From: Takakia lepidozioides
Taxonomy: Eukaryota; Plantae; Bryophyta
Reading direction: 5' to 3'
Length of the DNA stretch: 64,000 bases
Assembly (NCBI GenBank): GCA_030704615.1
Contig: CM060731.1
Coordinates: 59,830,001 to 59,894,000, forward strand
Every line of letters begins with the position of its first letter. Position 1 is the stretch's first letter. Positions 1-12,869 of the stretch are shown one piece after another. Below the pieces are notes generated by a model, which made no database searches, was not told the origin of the DNA, and saw only the letters and a list, made by a program, of their open reading frames with translations. Position numbers and translations under genes: made by a program.

Positions 1-1060
1 CCTCCTAACTTTCATTGTACGATAGCAGTCAATGAGGCCTCTCTTACTAGGACTTACTTTGGTCTAACGACATATTTCATTAGCAAGAGCCCAAAATTCA
101 GGGCGTTATATACGGACTTATTATCCTCCTTGTTGTCATCATCTTCATCAATTACGAGCTCCTTCCTTGCCAGCGTCGCAGCCTGGTGGCATTATCGTAC
201 ATGCTGCCCCTTAGTCAGCACAAATAATTTTGCAGAGATCACCCCGACTCGCTGCATTAATATAGACATTGTAATAACGTTGGGCATAGTTTGGCTTGTT
301 TCTCGCGTATGAGAATTGTTATTAGAAGGATAGGAGAAGAACCCCAGTATTCTGAGTTGTCGCTTCTCTTACCAAAGACCAAATTGACTGGAGTCAGACA
401 TTCGACCTCGTTTGTCAAGCACTGGAATGCGCCTTGGGTGAGGAGATCTGGGTGCTGGTCGAATGATTGGCCATCTTATGAATCGGATGTCGCAAACATA
501 GGTCTGAAAATAGTGTGATAAGAACAGACTAGAGAGATTCAAACAGGGATGCGGGCCCTCGGGCACACCCTCGGAGTGGGATGAGTGTTTGGCGTCCGAT
601 GATAGACTACCCAGACTCGTGTGGGGCCCTCAGAGCTGCTGAGCTGAACCATCAACACTTCCGCTTGAGCTGCTTTGCCCTTTCACAAGATAGTCTGCAG
701 TCTGCACCGGTCGGGTATTACCCGCGCACGAGCGAGCTCGTGTGGAGAACCCAGAATACCGGCTGAGTGGGAATAAGTCAAATCACGATGCGGCAGCCGG
801 TGGTGGTGATGCCTAGTCACCGCCCACAATCAACCCAGGAGAAAAAATCGAGCAGTTTTCCCAACGTGTGAGATATCATGCCTTTGCATTTTCTGGGCAA
901 TCTCGCTTCTTCTTCCTGCACAGAGCTGGACATGCCTTTCACGTGAAGAGACCTGGCTGGGGCAGAATTTGTTCACGGACATCATAGAATGCTGTGGAGC
1001 TCTTTGTTAGCAGCTGCCGGAGCACTGGGGCTCTTCAGGCCTTGATGCAGCTGGGTTACT

Positions 1061-3287
1061 ATGGCTTACTCTGTAAGAAGAGTGAGGTCCTCCTCGTTGC
1101 AAGACATACGAGTATGCAGAGAGTTGGACCCCTGGCTGGATGTTACGCCGTTCTACAATCCTACTGAGCGCGACAAGGACTCTGATGATCTGCAAACTCA
1201 TATGGATACTACACCAGCTAGTCCCCACAGGGCTTCCCATGGGACGCCCAGATCTTGTCGCACGCTGCGCAAGATCCCAATGTTGCCTCTTGTCCAGTCG
1301 CGGTCTAGATCTCCTGGTCCTAGTCGAGGGGAAGGAAGTCACCACGGTAGCCCTAGCTCTGAGATTCTCTATCCCATGCGTTCAATGCTCGCTGCAAATT
1401 TACCCACATCATCGCTACCAAGAGTGGATTCTCCCCAGTCAGATTCGGCCATGTCGTCTCCCAACTGCAAAGTTCTGTCGTTGACGTTGGAAAATTCAGA
1501 GCGTGTGAAAGCAGGGACCGAGACAGGAATTGGGCCATTTGCGGATTTTGAAGAAAGACTAGAAGCCCCCAAAGGGTCAATTTTACAAGAGAACACTGCT
1601 CCAGCTGAGCCTGTAGCCCAGAACGTGGTGGTGGTGGTTGTTGACGCAGAGAAGCAGTTCGCGACATCCGGCCTGGACTGGGCACTTTTGCATGTTGCTC
1701 GAACGGGGGACGATGTTACAGTTCTTGGGTTCCTTCGAAACGTCATGAGTCCAAGTACATATTACTCAAATTTGTTGCTTGCCCTCTAGCAGATTACATT
1801 CCTTACGTGTGTTGAAAGGCAACTGGTGTACGTTTTAACTGTAACTTTCTGGATAGCTATACTTTGGGGTAGGTAAGAAAGAGAGAGAGCTTTTGGGTAG
1901 CCAAGATACCAAAGCTTCCTCCATCGTAACTAATCATTGGGGTAGCTTTTCTTACCAGTAGTCCTCCATTTTTGGAGCTCGATGAGCCTTGAAGTAAGAG
2001 TCTCTCGCTTGGGTGTGTTGTGCGTGCAGTGGGGTACAAGATGGTAGCGGACGTTACGAAATTCACTGGTGTGCACGAGTCGTATTTGGAGAGGTTTACA
2101 TTGGAGAGAAAGCAGGCCTTGGAGAAGAAGCTCTCTACCCACATAAAAGCCTGTGCAGGGAAAGGGGTAGGGTTAATCGAACCCCTCCTCTCGTCCATTG
2201 TTTCGCCTTTTAAGTTTGACCACTCGAAATAGACGACCTTGACAGGATGATTTGATACTCATTTTGTGGAAGTCTCAGGGGCTAAATGTGTTGCCGTCTC
2301 ATTTGTCTAGCTCTGTGTCGAATGCGGAATTGAAGAGGATGAGATCTCTAGTGTCCATATGTTCTGCTTACCTTACTTACCTTTAGTCTGCTATCCTTGC
2401 GTGTGAGTGAACACATACGTGTGTGCATAATCTCTAGGCAGAACGTTACTGACGACAAGCTGACCACTGGGTTTTCAGATAAAGCTGCAAGTCCGTGTGG
2501 TACCAGGAGCTCTTCCCAAAGCGGTTATTGTGCGGGAGGCGGTAGCTCTTAACGCATCATGGGTCGTCTTTGAGAGGTCCGTCTTTAGCATTCTATGCAT
2601 ATGAAGGTGTCGCGTCTGCCTGGGATTCTCTATGTTCTCTCCACTTGATGCAATTCGATATCGTCGCGTAGGGGTACTGAAACTGCTACTTTCTCCAGGC
2701 AGCGTTATTAATGTGGATATGGTTGCACAATCCATTTCAGGAAGGTGATGAAGGACAGAAGGTTTTATATCGAAAACCTCTCTTGCCATGCTGTACGTAT
2801 GAAGACTGACCAACGCACCACGGAGACCATCTGTTACCCAGGCCAGGGTTCAGTGGACTTTTCTGGCTCAATATCAATGACTTCGGACACATCTTCTGAA
2901 TCCTCCTTCAGCAGTAAGAGTGACTCGCCCTCGATTTGGAAAAAACTCATAGGGGGCTCGAGGAGACATCTTCGCTCTCTCTCAAACAGTCCCCAAAGTT
3001 CGATTGCAAGTCGAAGCTTCGAACCAAGATCAGCTTCTCTGGCGCCCACATCAAGTACTGCGTCTGAGGACCTGCCAGACATATCCTTCTCCTTTGACTG
3101 TCCTCGTGATGCAAATGATTCCTTGGCCACAACGTTCAAAGCTCTGTACTTCGACCAGTCGCCCATTAATAATCCATTGGATGCAGCACCTAGCCCGGGC
3201 TCCGAAGCATTCCTTCAGCGTCAACTAGATGTGCTCTCTCAATATTCAAGTCACAGGACATCGGCCCCGACTGTCATGGCTACCTGA
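1061..3287 (+). CDS. USP/adenine-nucleotide-alpha-hydrolase-like domain protein; 4 exons (1061-1754, 2030-2166, 2479-2576, 2741-3287); no kinase domain seen
   Basis: GT-AG introns join the exons in frame, giving VVVVVDA..LDWALLHV..GDDVTVL, SPMGYKM, KLQVRVVPG..IVREAVALNASWVVFER and RFYIENLSCHAVRMK. These motifs are typical of the USP-like N-terminal domain of plant receptor-like cytoplasmic kinases. A Ser-rich tail and stop follow. Confidence 0.75.
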
Positions 3288-5089
3288 AGGTGAACTTGCA
3301 GCAGTTGACACGTTGGATCCAGGTACTGGGCTCGCTACGAAGACAGTCCTAAGGTTGTTTCTGTAATGAGGCTGGATGGTCAGATTTTGTTAGTAGTTGT
3401 AGGTGTAAGATGTAGACACTCACATGAGAAACTCCAAATCATTGCGATATCTAGAGTTCACATTCCACAACTCTTGTGGATCTCGAGAAAACCTGGATCT
3501 CCTTTTAGATTGTTCATAACTAGAACTTGGATCTGCTAGAGCTTCCTCTTGCAGAGGAACAATATTGAGTATTTCAAGAGCCATGCAGAGTGAAAGTAGC
3601 CTTGACAATTCTCTAGAATCGGTTTTTGGAGGATATGGCATGTAATATAGATTGCTTTCTTTTGTAGTCCACCATCAAAAGCTCTGGAGTTATTTCCTTG
3701 GTGAAGTCTTACGTCTCTACATAAAAGTTTAAGTGGCTCCATGGCTGCAATGTTGTACACGTAATTCTGTAGGTTGCAAAACCACAATACCATCAGACAT
3801 GCCATTGAAATTCCTGTGCAGTGAAGTGGAGAAACGGGGCAATCGAAACTGAATACTGACGAGCTATGTGCTGCTTACTTAGTACAGCGGAAGCTGTCAA
3901 GCAGCCATTTCTTGATCATATCAAGATAAACTTTATTCAGTACCACTAGATGATAAAGAATCCGTGGTGACTCAAATTTTATCCTAAACGTATGATTGTA
4001 ATGGCAATCTGCTCATTTGCATCTTGTTTGTTAATTCACCTCATCGTAGGCAACAACTCTTCCTAAAAGGCTACTGGCATGGGAGGCATGTCGCGCACCT
4101 CACTTCGGTAAGCTCCCTTCAAGTCATAGTTAATCGTTTTGATGCGCGCGCCTAACTCCCAACCTGGCCGCTGGCCAACTCGGAGCTTCGGCTGCTCACC
4201 GGGACATAACGGTCCTCCTTTTCTCCCCCCAACTGACCCTCCATCAATTTGGGCCTAGTGGAAATTCCCTTTGGTAGATGGCAGTCCGGAATAGCTCCCC
4301 ACTTCTTGGTCGCTTTCCGGCTCGTTCGCTTACTCACTAGTTTTTGGTCACCAACGGGCTTGCTCTCTTTCACTTTCAACTCACTTACATTCATTTGTTC
4401 AATCAGCGGATCACTTCAGCAGCAACATTTCGTGGTGAAATGCAAGGGACTATCCAAACTAAAATCTCCAAGGACTCCCTACTTGAGTCAGCAATCTTGA
4501 ACATTGACTAGATTTTGCCCATTTGCTCAAGAACATAGATCTGATTGTTGAAGTGTGGTACGCAAGGTGGCAGAGTGGTGAAACCCTATGGAGCTTTATT
4601 TACAAACTGATATGAGGCCATTGTATGAAGGATGAAAAGTTCCCACAACAAAAGAAGTGTATGTGTGAAACTAAGTTGATGAGGAGAAAATATGTTAAGC
4701 TAAGCTGGAGGATCATCCCATCTAACTGCCTCAATCAAATCAGACAACAAAATGGGTGTGGCATCGAGTAGGCAAAACGCTTTTCATCTCCATCTTTTTT
4801 TTCTACATTTGCTTTAGGCAGCTTGCTGATGTCTCTCCTAGCTCTTATGGCTGGCTCCCTGCCTTGCAGTGGCTTAGGATCTCTGACGGAACAGTTTTTG
4901 CGTATCTCTAAGTTTCATTTGTGTAGGTAGGATGGCTGGTTGGTCGGCCTTAATCTCTCTCGCTAATTTCCTGGCAGCTAATTTTTTGGGCCCTCAGACT
5001 AAGTATTCAGTTTTGCTCCAACCCCCTTCTCGGTTGCTTCACTCCTTATTATAGCTTGTCAGGCTGCAGCTCTAGTCTTTGGACTATCA

Positions 5090-5396
5090 TATTGAAATTC
5101 ACTGTGTAGTTGATCCAATGAAATACATTGGTCTAGATTCTGAGTAGGACTGCCAGGTCATTTCATCAAGATCGGTGGCGTTCCATCTTCGGTTCATTTT
5201 GAATTGTTAGTTCCCGCTTTTAACTTTTGCTGGTTAGCTGCAAGTTAGAGTGACTGGATGATTGTTGTCACCATGGAGTATATCTCCTTGTAAGAGACAT
5301 GTTCTTGCTGGCTTTGTAATGTCCAGTTTTCATATGCTACACTGCAATGAAGACCTTCTTGATGTGTGCATATTACCTTTTAGTCTGATTTCAACA
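5090..5396 (+). repeat. Copia 5' LTR (TA...CA termini)
   Basis: Direct repeat of 10031-10339. Confidence 0.95.
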
Positions 5397-5433
5397 GGTT
5401 ATGGGCCCATGGCGTTGTCGTGAAGCTGCGCCA
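5397..5433 (+). promoter_or_regulatory. Primer-binding site complementary to the 5' half of initiator tRNA-Met (possibly bipartite)
   Basis: GGTTATGGGCCCA abuts the LTR and is complementary to the tRNAiMet anticodon arm UGGGCCCAUAACC. GCTGCGCCA at 5425-5433 is complementary to the tRNAiMet D-arm UGGCGCAGC. Confidence 0.8.
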
Positions 5434-5569
5434 TAGAAGTGTTAAACTAGAGCATTGGATATTGAAAATATTTTGATTCATTGTACAACAGTCTAGGTAT
5501 TGCCTTCTGGTTGAGATGAAGGAGACTTTGAGTTACCTAGTTTAGAGAGACCTTGAATGCTAAGAAAGC

Positions 5570-8500
5570 ATGAGTTCTAAAGAAGAGGCCAAGGAATTGG
5601 CAGGGGTGGAGAAGTTTAATGGAAGTAACTTCCACTTGTGGAAATTCCAGATGCAATTCATCTTCAAGGCACGAGACCTTTGGATGTGGTGAATGGAAGA
5701 GATAAACTGAGCGATGCTGAGAACAAGGATGCATGGGAGCTGCGTGATAATAAAGCTGCAGTGACCATATTGCATTCAATTGACAGAGAGCACATGGAAC
5801 AATTGATTAATTGTATGACAGCAGCAGAGATGTGGGAGATGCTAAACATGATACATGAGCAGATTGCAGAAGAAAACATAGCGCATCTGCAAGAATTTTT
5901 TTACAAGTATCATATGCAGGAGACTGATTCCATTTCTACCAACTGCAGTACCATCTCTGCTCTTTGGTAGAAAGCTGAATGATCTTGGAGAGAAGATCAG
6001 CGAGAGGCAATTGTTGACAAAGATGAAGGTAGCTATGAGCCATTACTTTTGGCTTGGGATAGTGTACCTGCATCAGAACAAACGTTAAAGTCGTTTCATG
6101 CAAGGCTGCTAAAGAGAGAGTCAGCCATTAGGAATAGAACTGCTATTACAGATGAAGAGAGTGACCGAGCATTCTTTGCAGGAAGAAGCGGTGGGAGTAG
6201 TAGTAGCAATTCGAAGCAGAAAGATCTGACGCCAGAACAAAGAAAAGAGAGGGCGCTTAAAATAGCAGAGCAAAAGAGGACATCAGATTGTCATAATTGT
6301 GGAGAAACCGGCCATTGGGCCAGAGAGTGTACCAATCCCACTAAGAAGAGAGATCATAAGAAGTATTCAAAGAGTCAGGCTAACATTACAGAGGTTGATG
6401 CTTTTGTTACTATCTCTGAGAAATTGAGCATTCAGTCTTTGATGAAGAAGATAGTCAGACACTGTCTATCATTGAGGGATCTGAAGAGGGCACAAGCACA
6501 GTCATCCTAGATGATTCTCATGACAAAACTGATAATACTACAGTAGAGAGTATGGTGAATTATGTGCATCTCACCATAATAGATGATGCATGGTTTGCTG
6601 ATACAGTAGCCTCCCAACACATGACGGAAAAAAAACATTGGTTCACGAACCTTAAGCCTGTCAGACATGGGAGTTGGGGAGTCAGAGTTGCCACAGACAG
6701 TACTGTGTGGGTTGCTGGGATAGGTGACATAGAGATTTTATCTCTTGTTAATGGCATTTGGCAGAAGGGAGTGATTCAAGGTGTTCTTTACGTACCTAAT
6801 CTCAAAAAGAACTTGTTGTCTGTTGGTCAAATGACAGATAAAGGTATCTATGCAGTGTATGATAGATATACTTGCAGAATGTATTCAAGTACAAAGAGAC
6901 TTGTTATGGCAGGAGTCAAAGACGGACAACTATGGCGTATGCAGTTTAAGGTTGTCATCCCAAGTAGTCTTGCAAATTTGGTAACCAAGTCAATGATCTC
7001 TACATCTTAGAGCAGAAGCAGTGGTAGTTCGTCAGGTTCTAGTGGTTGAGATGAGAGTATTAGCAAGTGGCATGCCAGACTTGGTCCTATCCACTTTGAC
7101 ATGATCAAAAAGATGAGTAAAGAGAGCATGGTTACTGGATTACACCTCAAAGAAAAGAGTGCAAATAAGGGGTGTTATGATCAGTTTTGTGTTGGATGTG
7201 ATTATGGAAAGAACCAGAGACAGAGCTTTCCTGTCAATCCAACACGACAGAAGGCAGATAGACCGGGAGAGTTTTATGGGGATGTCTGGGGTCCAATGAG
7301 TGTTGCATCTGTGGGAGGGGCAATGTTTTTTGTCTCGTTTAAGGATGACTATAGTGGATATAAACTCTTATACTGCATAAAGAGGAAATCAGAAGTTCTT
7401 GAGTGCTTCAAGAAGATGAAGAGAGAGTCATTCAGAGAAACAGGAAATAAACTTGTCAAATTTCGAAGTGATCGAGGAGGCGAGTTTACAAGTACAGCAT
7501 TCAAGAACTACCTGGAGGAAGAAGGAATCCGTCAAGAATTGACAACACCCTATACTCCAGAACAAAATGGAGTTGTTGAGCGGGACAATCGCACCTTGAT
7601 AGAATCTGTTCGCTCCATGCTTCATGAAAGAAAGGTGCCGCTACAATTCTGGGGTGAAGGAGTACAAACTGCGGCATATCTGTTAAATCGAGCCGGTTCT
7701 AGACTCTTGGAGGGGATGACACCAGTGCAAGCATGGTGTGGTCGGAAACCGGATATATCTCATCTGAAAGTTTTTGGATGCGATGCTTTTGTCCACATAC
7801 CAAAGCCACTTCGCCATAAATTGGATTCCAAGAGTACAGAGTGTATTTTCCTTGGATACTCTCACGAGAGCAAAGGGTACAGACTGTGGGATAAATCCAA
7901 GAAAAAGGTCATCATAAGCCGAGATGTTCTCTTTAATGAAGAAATTCAAGGGACACCTGGAGAAGTTGAGGCGGCACAAGTGCATAAAGTGATGACTATT
8001 CATTCCTTTGAAGAACATGATAGCACATTTCAGCAGCAGAACACGACCGATGCACGTGCGCCATTGTCAAACATTCCTATGGTTGTACCAGAGAATGATC
8101 TCATTGTTGACATTCCCATTGAGCCATCTCAGCCAAATGGTGGGATAAGCTTCAATCAAGAAACCTCAAATAATGAGAATACTGTGGTTTAAAGGTGGGA
8201 GCAGTATGAATTCTACGAGAAATGGGATTGAAGATGCATCTAACAATGATGGTAATGGAGAAATGGATGCACCTTTTCGAGAGGGACGACAGCGTAATCC
8301 TCCAAACAGATATGGAGATTGGATTGCATTACCTGGAACATTTACATCGTTTGCTGGTGTTGTTCAGGCAGTTATGGAAGAACCACAGACTTATGAGCAA
8401 GCAATGACATCTGAAAACAAATCTGAGTGGGAGAAAGCAATGATGGAAGAGTATTGTTCATTGCTAAAGAATGGTACCTGGACACTTTGTGAAATGCCAT

Positions 8501-10007
8501 ATGGACGCACAACAGTAAAAAAACAAGTGGGTTTTTAAGATAAAAACCAAGTCAGATGGGAGTATTGATCGGTATAAAGCCAGGGTTGTAGCAAAAGGTT
8601 TATTCTCAGACCTATGGTGTGGATTACGAGCAAACTTTTGCTCCAGTTGCTAAATTCAATTCTATTCATACTATCTTGTCGATTGCTGCAACGGAAAACA
8701 TGGAGTTACTGCAGTTTGATGTGACAACGGCTTTCCTTCATGGCGACCTAGATGAAGAAATCTTTATGGAGCAGCCCAAAGGTTTTGTCAAGGAAGGTCA
8801 GTCAAAGCTAGTATGCAGACTCCTTAAAAGCATCTATGGCTTGAAACAGGCTTCAAGAACCTGGAACTCAAAGTTCAATGAGTTCTTGACACGATATGAG
8901 TTGAACGCTACCACTGCCAATCCTTGTGTGTATGTGAACCAGACGAAGCCTACTCTCATAGTGGCCATCTTTGTTGATGATGGTCTGGGAGGATGTACAG
9001 ATACACAGAAACTCACACAGGTTGTTACCCATCTCTATACCATGTTTGAAGTGACAGCGGGACCTGCTGACTGCTATGTCGGACTTCGCATAAGCAGAGA
9101 TCGTGGTCAGGGAGCCATCTATATTGACCAGATGCAATATATACTTCGCATCTTGCTGAAATTTGGTTTTGCTGATGCACATGCTGTTTCCACGCCAATG
9201 GATCCAAATGTTCACCTATAGATTGGAAATGTTGGGACCGATGGGACTCATGCCCCCACATTGTTGTAGGCATGTTTTTGGAAGGCAAAAAAGCGGATGA
9301 TCCCAACTTTCCATACCTTGAGACTGTCGAAAGCATTATGTTTGCGATGATGGGGTCGAGACCTAACATTGCTTTTGCCGTAGGAACAGTGACAAAGTTC
9401 TCAACAGCTCCAAAGGTGACTCACTGCAATGCAGTTCATCGCATAATGAAGTACCTCAAGGGTACTGCTCATTACAAACTGTGTTATACTGCAGGAACAA
9501 GGACAAATACCTTGATAGCTTATGCAGACGCTGACCATGCCGGAGATATCAATGACAGAAAAGCAAGAAGTGGATGCGTTGTTTTTTTGAATGGAGGACC
9601 GGTGACTTGGGTCAGTCGCAAGCAGCAGTGCGTTGCTAGCTCCACGACTGAAACTGAGTACATAGCTGCTGCATTGATAGGAAAGGAGGTCGTATGGCTT
9701 CGGAGATTTGTCTGAGATAAGTTTTCCTCAAACCACACCTACAGATGTCTTTGGAGACAATCAGAGTCCTATCCGGTTAGTTTTCAATCCGGAGTTCCAC
9801 AGACGTACAAAACACATTGACATTCAATATCATGTCATTCGTGATTTTCAGCAGAGGAAACTCATCGACCTAAAGTACATCACTACCAATGAGCAAGTTG
9901 CAGACATTCTCAGTAAGGCTCTTACTCCTGAGAAGTTTGTCCATTTCCGTCGTATGTTGAGCCTTGTTGGTTGTTCAATGAGTGGGAGGAAGAGTCGATT
10001 TCATTGA
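5570..10007 (+). pseudogene. Copia gag-pol polyprotein, fragmented
   Basis: Gag N-terminus EKFNGSNFHLWKFQM; zinc knuckle CHNCGETGHWAREC; protease WFADTVASQHM; integrase DVWGP, RSDRGGEF and PEQNGVVER; RT FDVTTAFLHG, KSIYGLKQA and FVDD; RNase H YADADHAGD and RTKHIDIQYH. Confidence 0.95.
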
Positions 10008-10030
10008 TCCACTACTACATTGAGTGGGAG

Positions 10031-10339
10031 TATTGAAATTCACTGTGTAGTTGATCCAATGAAATACATTGGTCTAGATTTCTGAGTAGGACTGCCAGGT
10101 CATTTCATCCCGATCGGCGGCGTTCCATCTTCGGTTCATTTTGAATTTGTTAGTTCCCGCTGTTAACTTTTGCTGGTTAGCTGCAAGTTAGTGTGACTGG
10201 ATGATTGTTGTCACCATGGAGTATATCTCCTTGTAAGAGACATGTTCTTGCTGGCTTTGTAATGTCCAGTACTCATATACTACACTGTAATGAAGACCTT
10301 CTTGATGTGTGCATATTACCTTTTAGTCTGATTTCAACA
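10031..10339 (+). repeat. Copia 3' LTR
   Basis: Direct repeat of 5090-5396; preceded by a purine tract and followed by the TSD. Confidence 0.95.
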
Positions 10340-11574
10340 TATCATTCTCTAGTACTTTCCTCTGATAATCTCTTGGAGCATGGCTTCCTGATCTATTAGG
10401 GCTTCAGGGTGGTACTTAGTTGTTTAAAGCTTGCCCTAGGTGGCTGGTCATGGTGTTACCGATCTTCAAGATGTAATAAGCCTTATGGCCTCCTGTCCTG
10501 GTTAATTTTTCCAAGGCTCCCCTTTATTAATATGATTTAAAGGGCTTCCTCCCCTTTTATTAAAAAAAAACAAACACTTGAACCATGCATATCAGATGAT
10601 CATTCTTATTTACATAACTCGGTACGGTTGGTGTCGTCTCTTTTTTTCTTGAAGACATCAAGTACCGGGGAATGCCTTGAATGGAGGGCATTCCTGACTG
10701 AAGCCTCCCAAGGGAAGGCCTTAAATTCTCGGAATGCCTGACACGAGGGGCATTCCACTGCATGAATGCTTGCCAAAAAAATTAAGAAAGTATATCCATT
10801 GGAAGTAAGAGAAATGTAATGGGTGCATTCGTGCATTGTGCATTCCAAATCGTAAAATGCACTCGACGAACCTGATTGGAATATTCCGCCTTGCGGAATG
10901 CACCTTGATGAATTCTTGTTTTTAAGGGCACGATAAATACATATACAACTTTTGTGGTGAGGGTCGTTGGCAACTGTGAGCTTCAAACGACTGATGTACT
11001 ACTCGAACGAAAGATGTCAGTTTAATTCTTTTTGTTACTTTATATTTTTTCTTAAAAGAGTTTTTCTTTCCTTAAGCTTTCTCTTACCAAGAAGGCCCTT
11101 TTAACTCCAAATAGAAAGAAAAATCTTGCAGTGTCCGTAAAAGTGTCGGGGTGATTATTCCTTATGTGAAGTTTAGGTTGATTGGACTCATTCTAGATCA
11201 AGCTGCGATTGTAACCTCTTGGAAGGCCTGTTATAAAAAGGGCTAGCCACTAGCCACCTCTCGCTCCGTGTGTGGTCCGAATTCCACATATGGAATGTTG
11301 AACATATGATACATATTCCCCTAGCTAATTGTTACCTTTTTTAATGTTAACCTCGAAAGGGCCAGGATCAAAGCCTAGGAATCACTTCATAATTCGTGAG
11401 ATACCGTGTCAGTCTTTATGATTACTTAGCTAATGGTATGGCTTGCATTCTCTACATTACATACCGAGTAATGGATCATTTTCATTGCCAGACCACGACT
11501 GTAGCACACTTTCCTCTATCGTTTTCTCATGAATTTCCAACCATACCAATACCCTCCTCCAAGTAAATATGACA

Positions 11575-12605
11575 TCCAGTTCAGGCATTTTTATCCACCC
11601 TGGTCTCGCACTTGGCATGCATGTTGACAAGGGTGTTGAGTAGAGAGTTGTGTGGATTGAATCCCATTTCTGATGATATGGCAGTGCACCGGCTCTCCCT
11701 CTGCTGGGCCTTTTATGCTGATGCACAGGGATAAGTATTCTGCAGCAATGCCTGGAAGGTGCCTGTGTCAAATGTGTAGCACCTGTGTAGCACCTCTGTC
11801 AAATGTCCTGCAATGTGTACTCACATCCCCACAAATGCTGGAAGAGTTGTTGTTGACTCCCTCTCTTGGTCCTCATTCAAAAGCGGTCGAGTGCAGGTGT
11901 CCAATCAAGCAACTGTGCCTCAATCAACTAACATTTATGTTTGCTTGAGGTGGAACTCTTATATGATCCACTAAACAGTATCCTATCTCCTGTCGGCCTG
12001 GGGTTCCATGGTGCACATTGACAGATTGTGGTGGCAGATAAATGACCAACCCTCAATCTAAACCTAGACATGTTGCATATCCAGGTCTCTGCTATTTGAT
12101 GTATTAGAATTGTTGCCGGATGCCATGTGGTACAATTCTAGCTTTGCCATGGACCTCTTCGCCCTTTTCCAGAGCTGTCAGGCTTGCACACGCTTTGCAA
12201 ACACAAACAAATGTGATGTGGTTGGGCTTCACCCCTTCGCGCATCATTTGCTCATAGGTCTCCAAAGCATTCCTACCACACCCATGCTTGGTAAATCCTG
12301 CCAACATTATATTCCATGTGATCAAACATTGTCGAGGCATTCTGTTGAACACTTGGTGAGCATCCATGATGCTCCCGCACTTAATATACATGTTGACAAG
12401 GGTGTTGAGTAGAAAAACATTTGGCGTGAATCCACTTTGGATAATGTGAGTATGCATCTGATTTCCAGCTTCCAGACCTTCCACCTTGATGCACTTAAGC
12501 AAAACAAAGCATCTTCATATGCCCAGAAGTGCCAGAAGAGGCATTGTGGACTCCTCTCTTGATCCTCTTTCAGAAGCTGTGGTCATGGTTGAGGTGCCTG
12601 ATTTA
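11575..12605 (-). pseudogene. Two truncated PLS-PPR 5' fragments (first L-S-P-L motifs plus part of the leader)
   Basis: HTHIIQSGFTPNVFLLNTLVNMYIKCGSIMDAHQVF..WNIMLAGF..GVKPNHITFVCVCKACASL at 12104-12502; a more decayed copy at about 11575-11900. Confidence 0.85.
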
Positions 12606-12869
12606 TCCGATTGGTGTGAAGCAAGAAAATTGTCGGCGGACTTCGTTCACAACTTCTTGAGTAGTACGGCCAACAATGGCACAAGCCCAGACACTAAAAC
12701 GATAGATGAGCATTGACCCTAGCAAGCCTGCAACAAAAACCTCTGGTACTGCAATGTCCACCTGTCTCCAACTCGAGAAATCTTAGTTCTCAACATGATT
12801 TCAAGTTCCAAGAAGGGTGTATTGCAGTGAACTAGCTTCGGACAAGGATATCACCTGGGTGCTACTGCT

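Larger units (their letters stand above)
5090..10339 (+). mobile_element. Full-length Ty1/copia LTR retrotransposon, inactivated by frameshifts and stops
   Basis: LTRs at 5090-5396 and 10031-10339, with about 9 substitutions and 2 indels by eye. TSD TATCA at 5085-5089 and 10340-10344. PBS at 5397. PPT TGAGTGGGAG before the 3' LTR. Domain order is gag-PR-IN-RT-RH. Confidence 0.97.

Noticed and set aside
1-1000. Short ORFs upstream of the USP-like gene
   Set aside because: Short, overlapping and without recognisable motifs.
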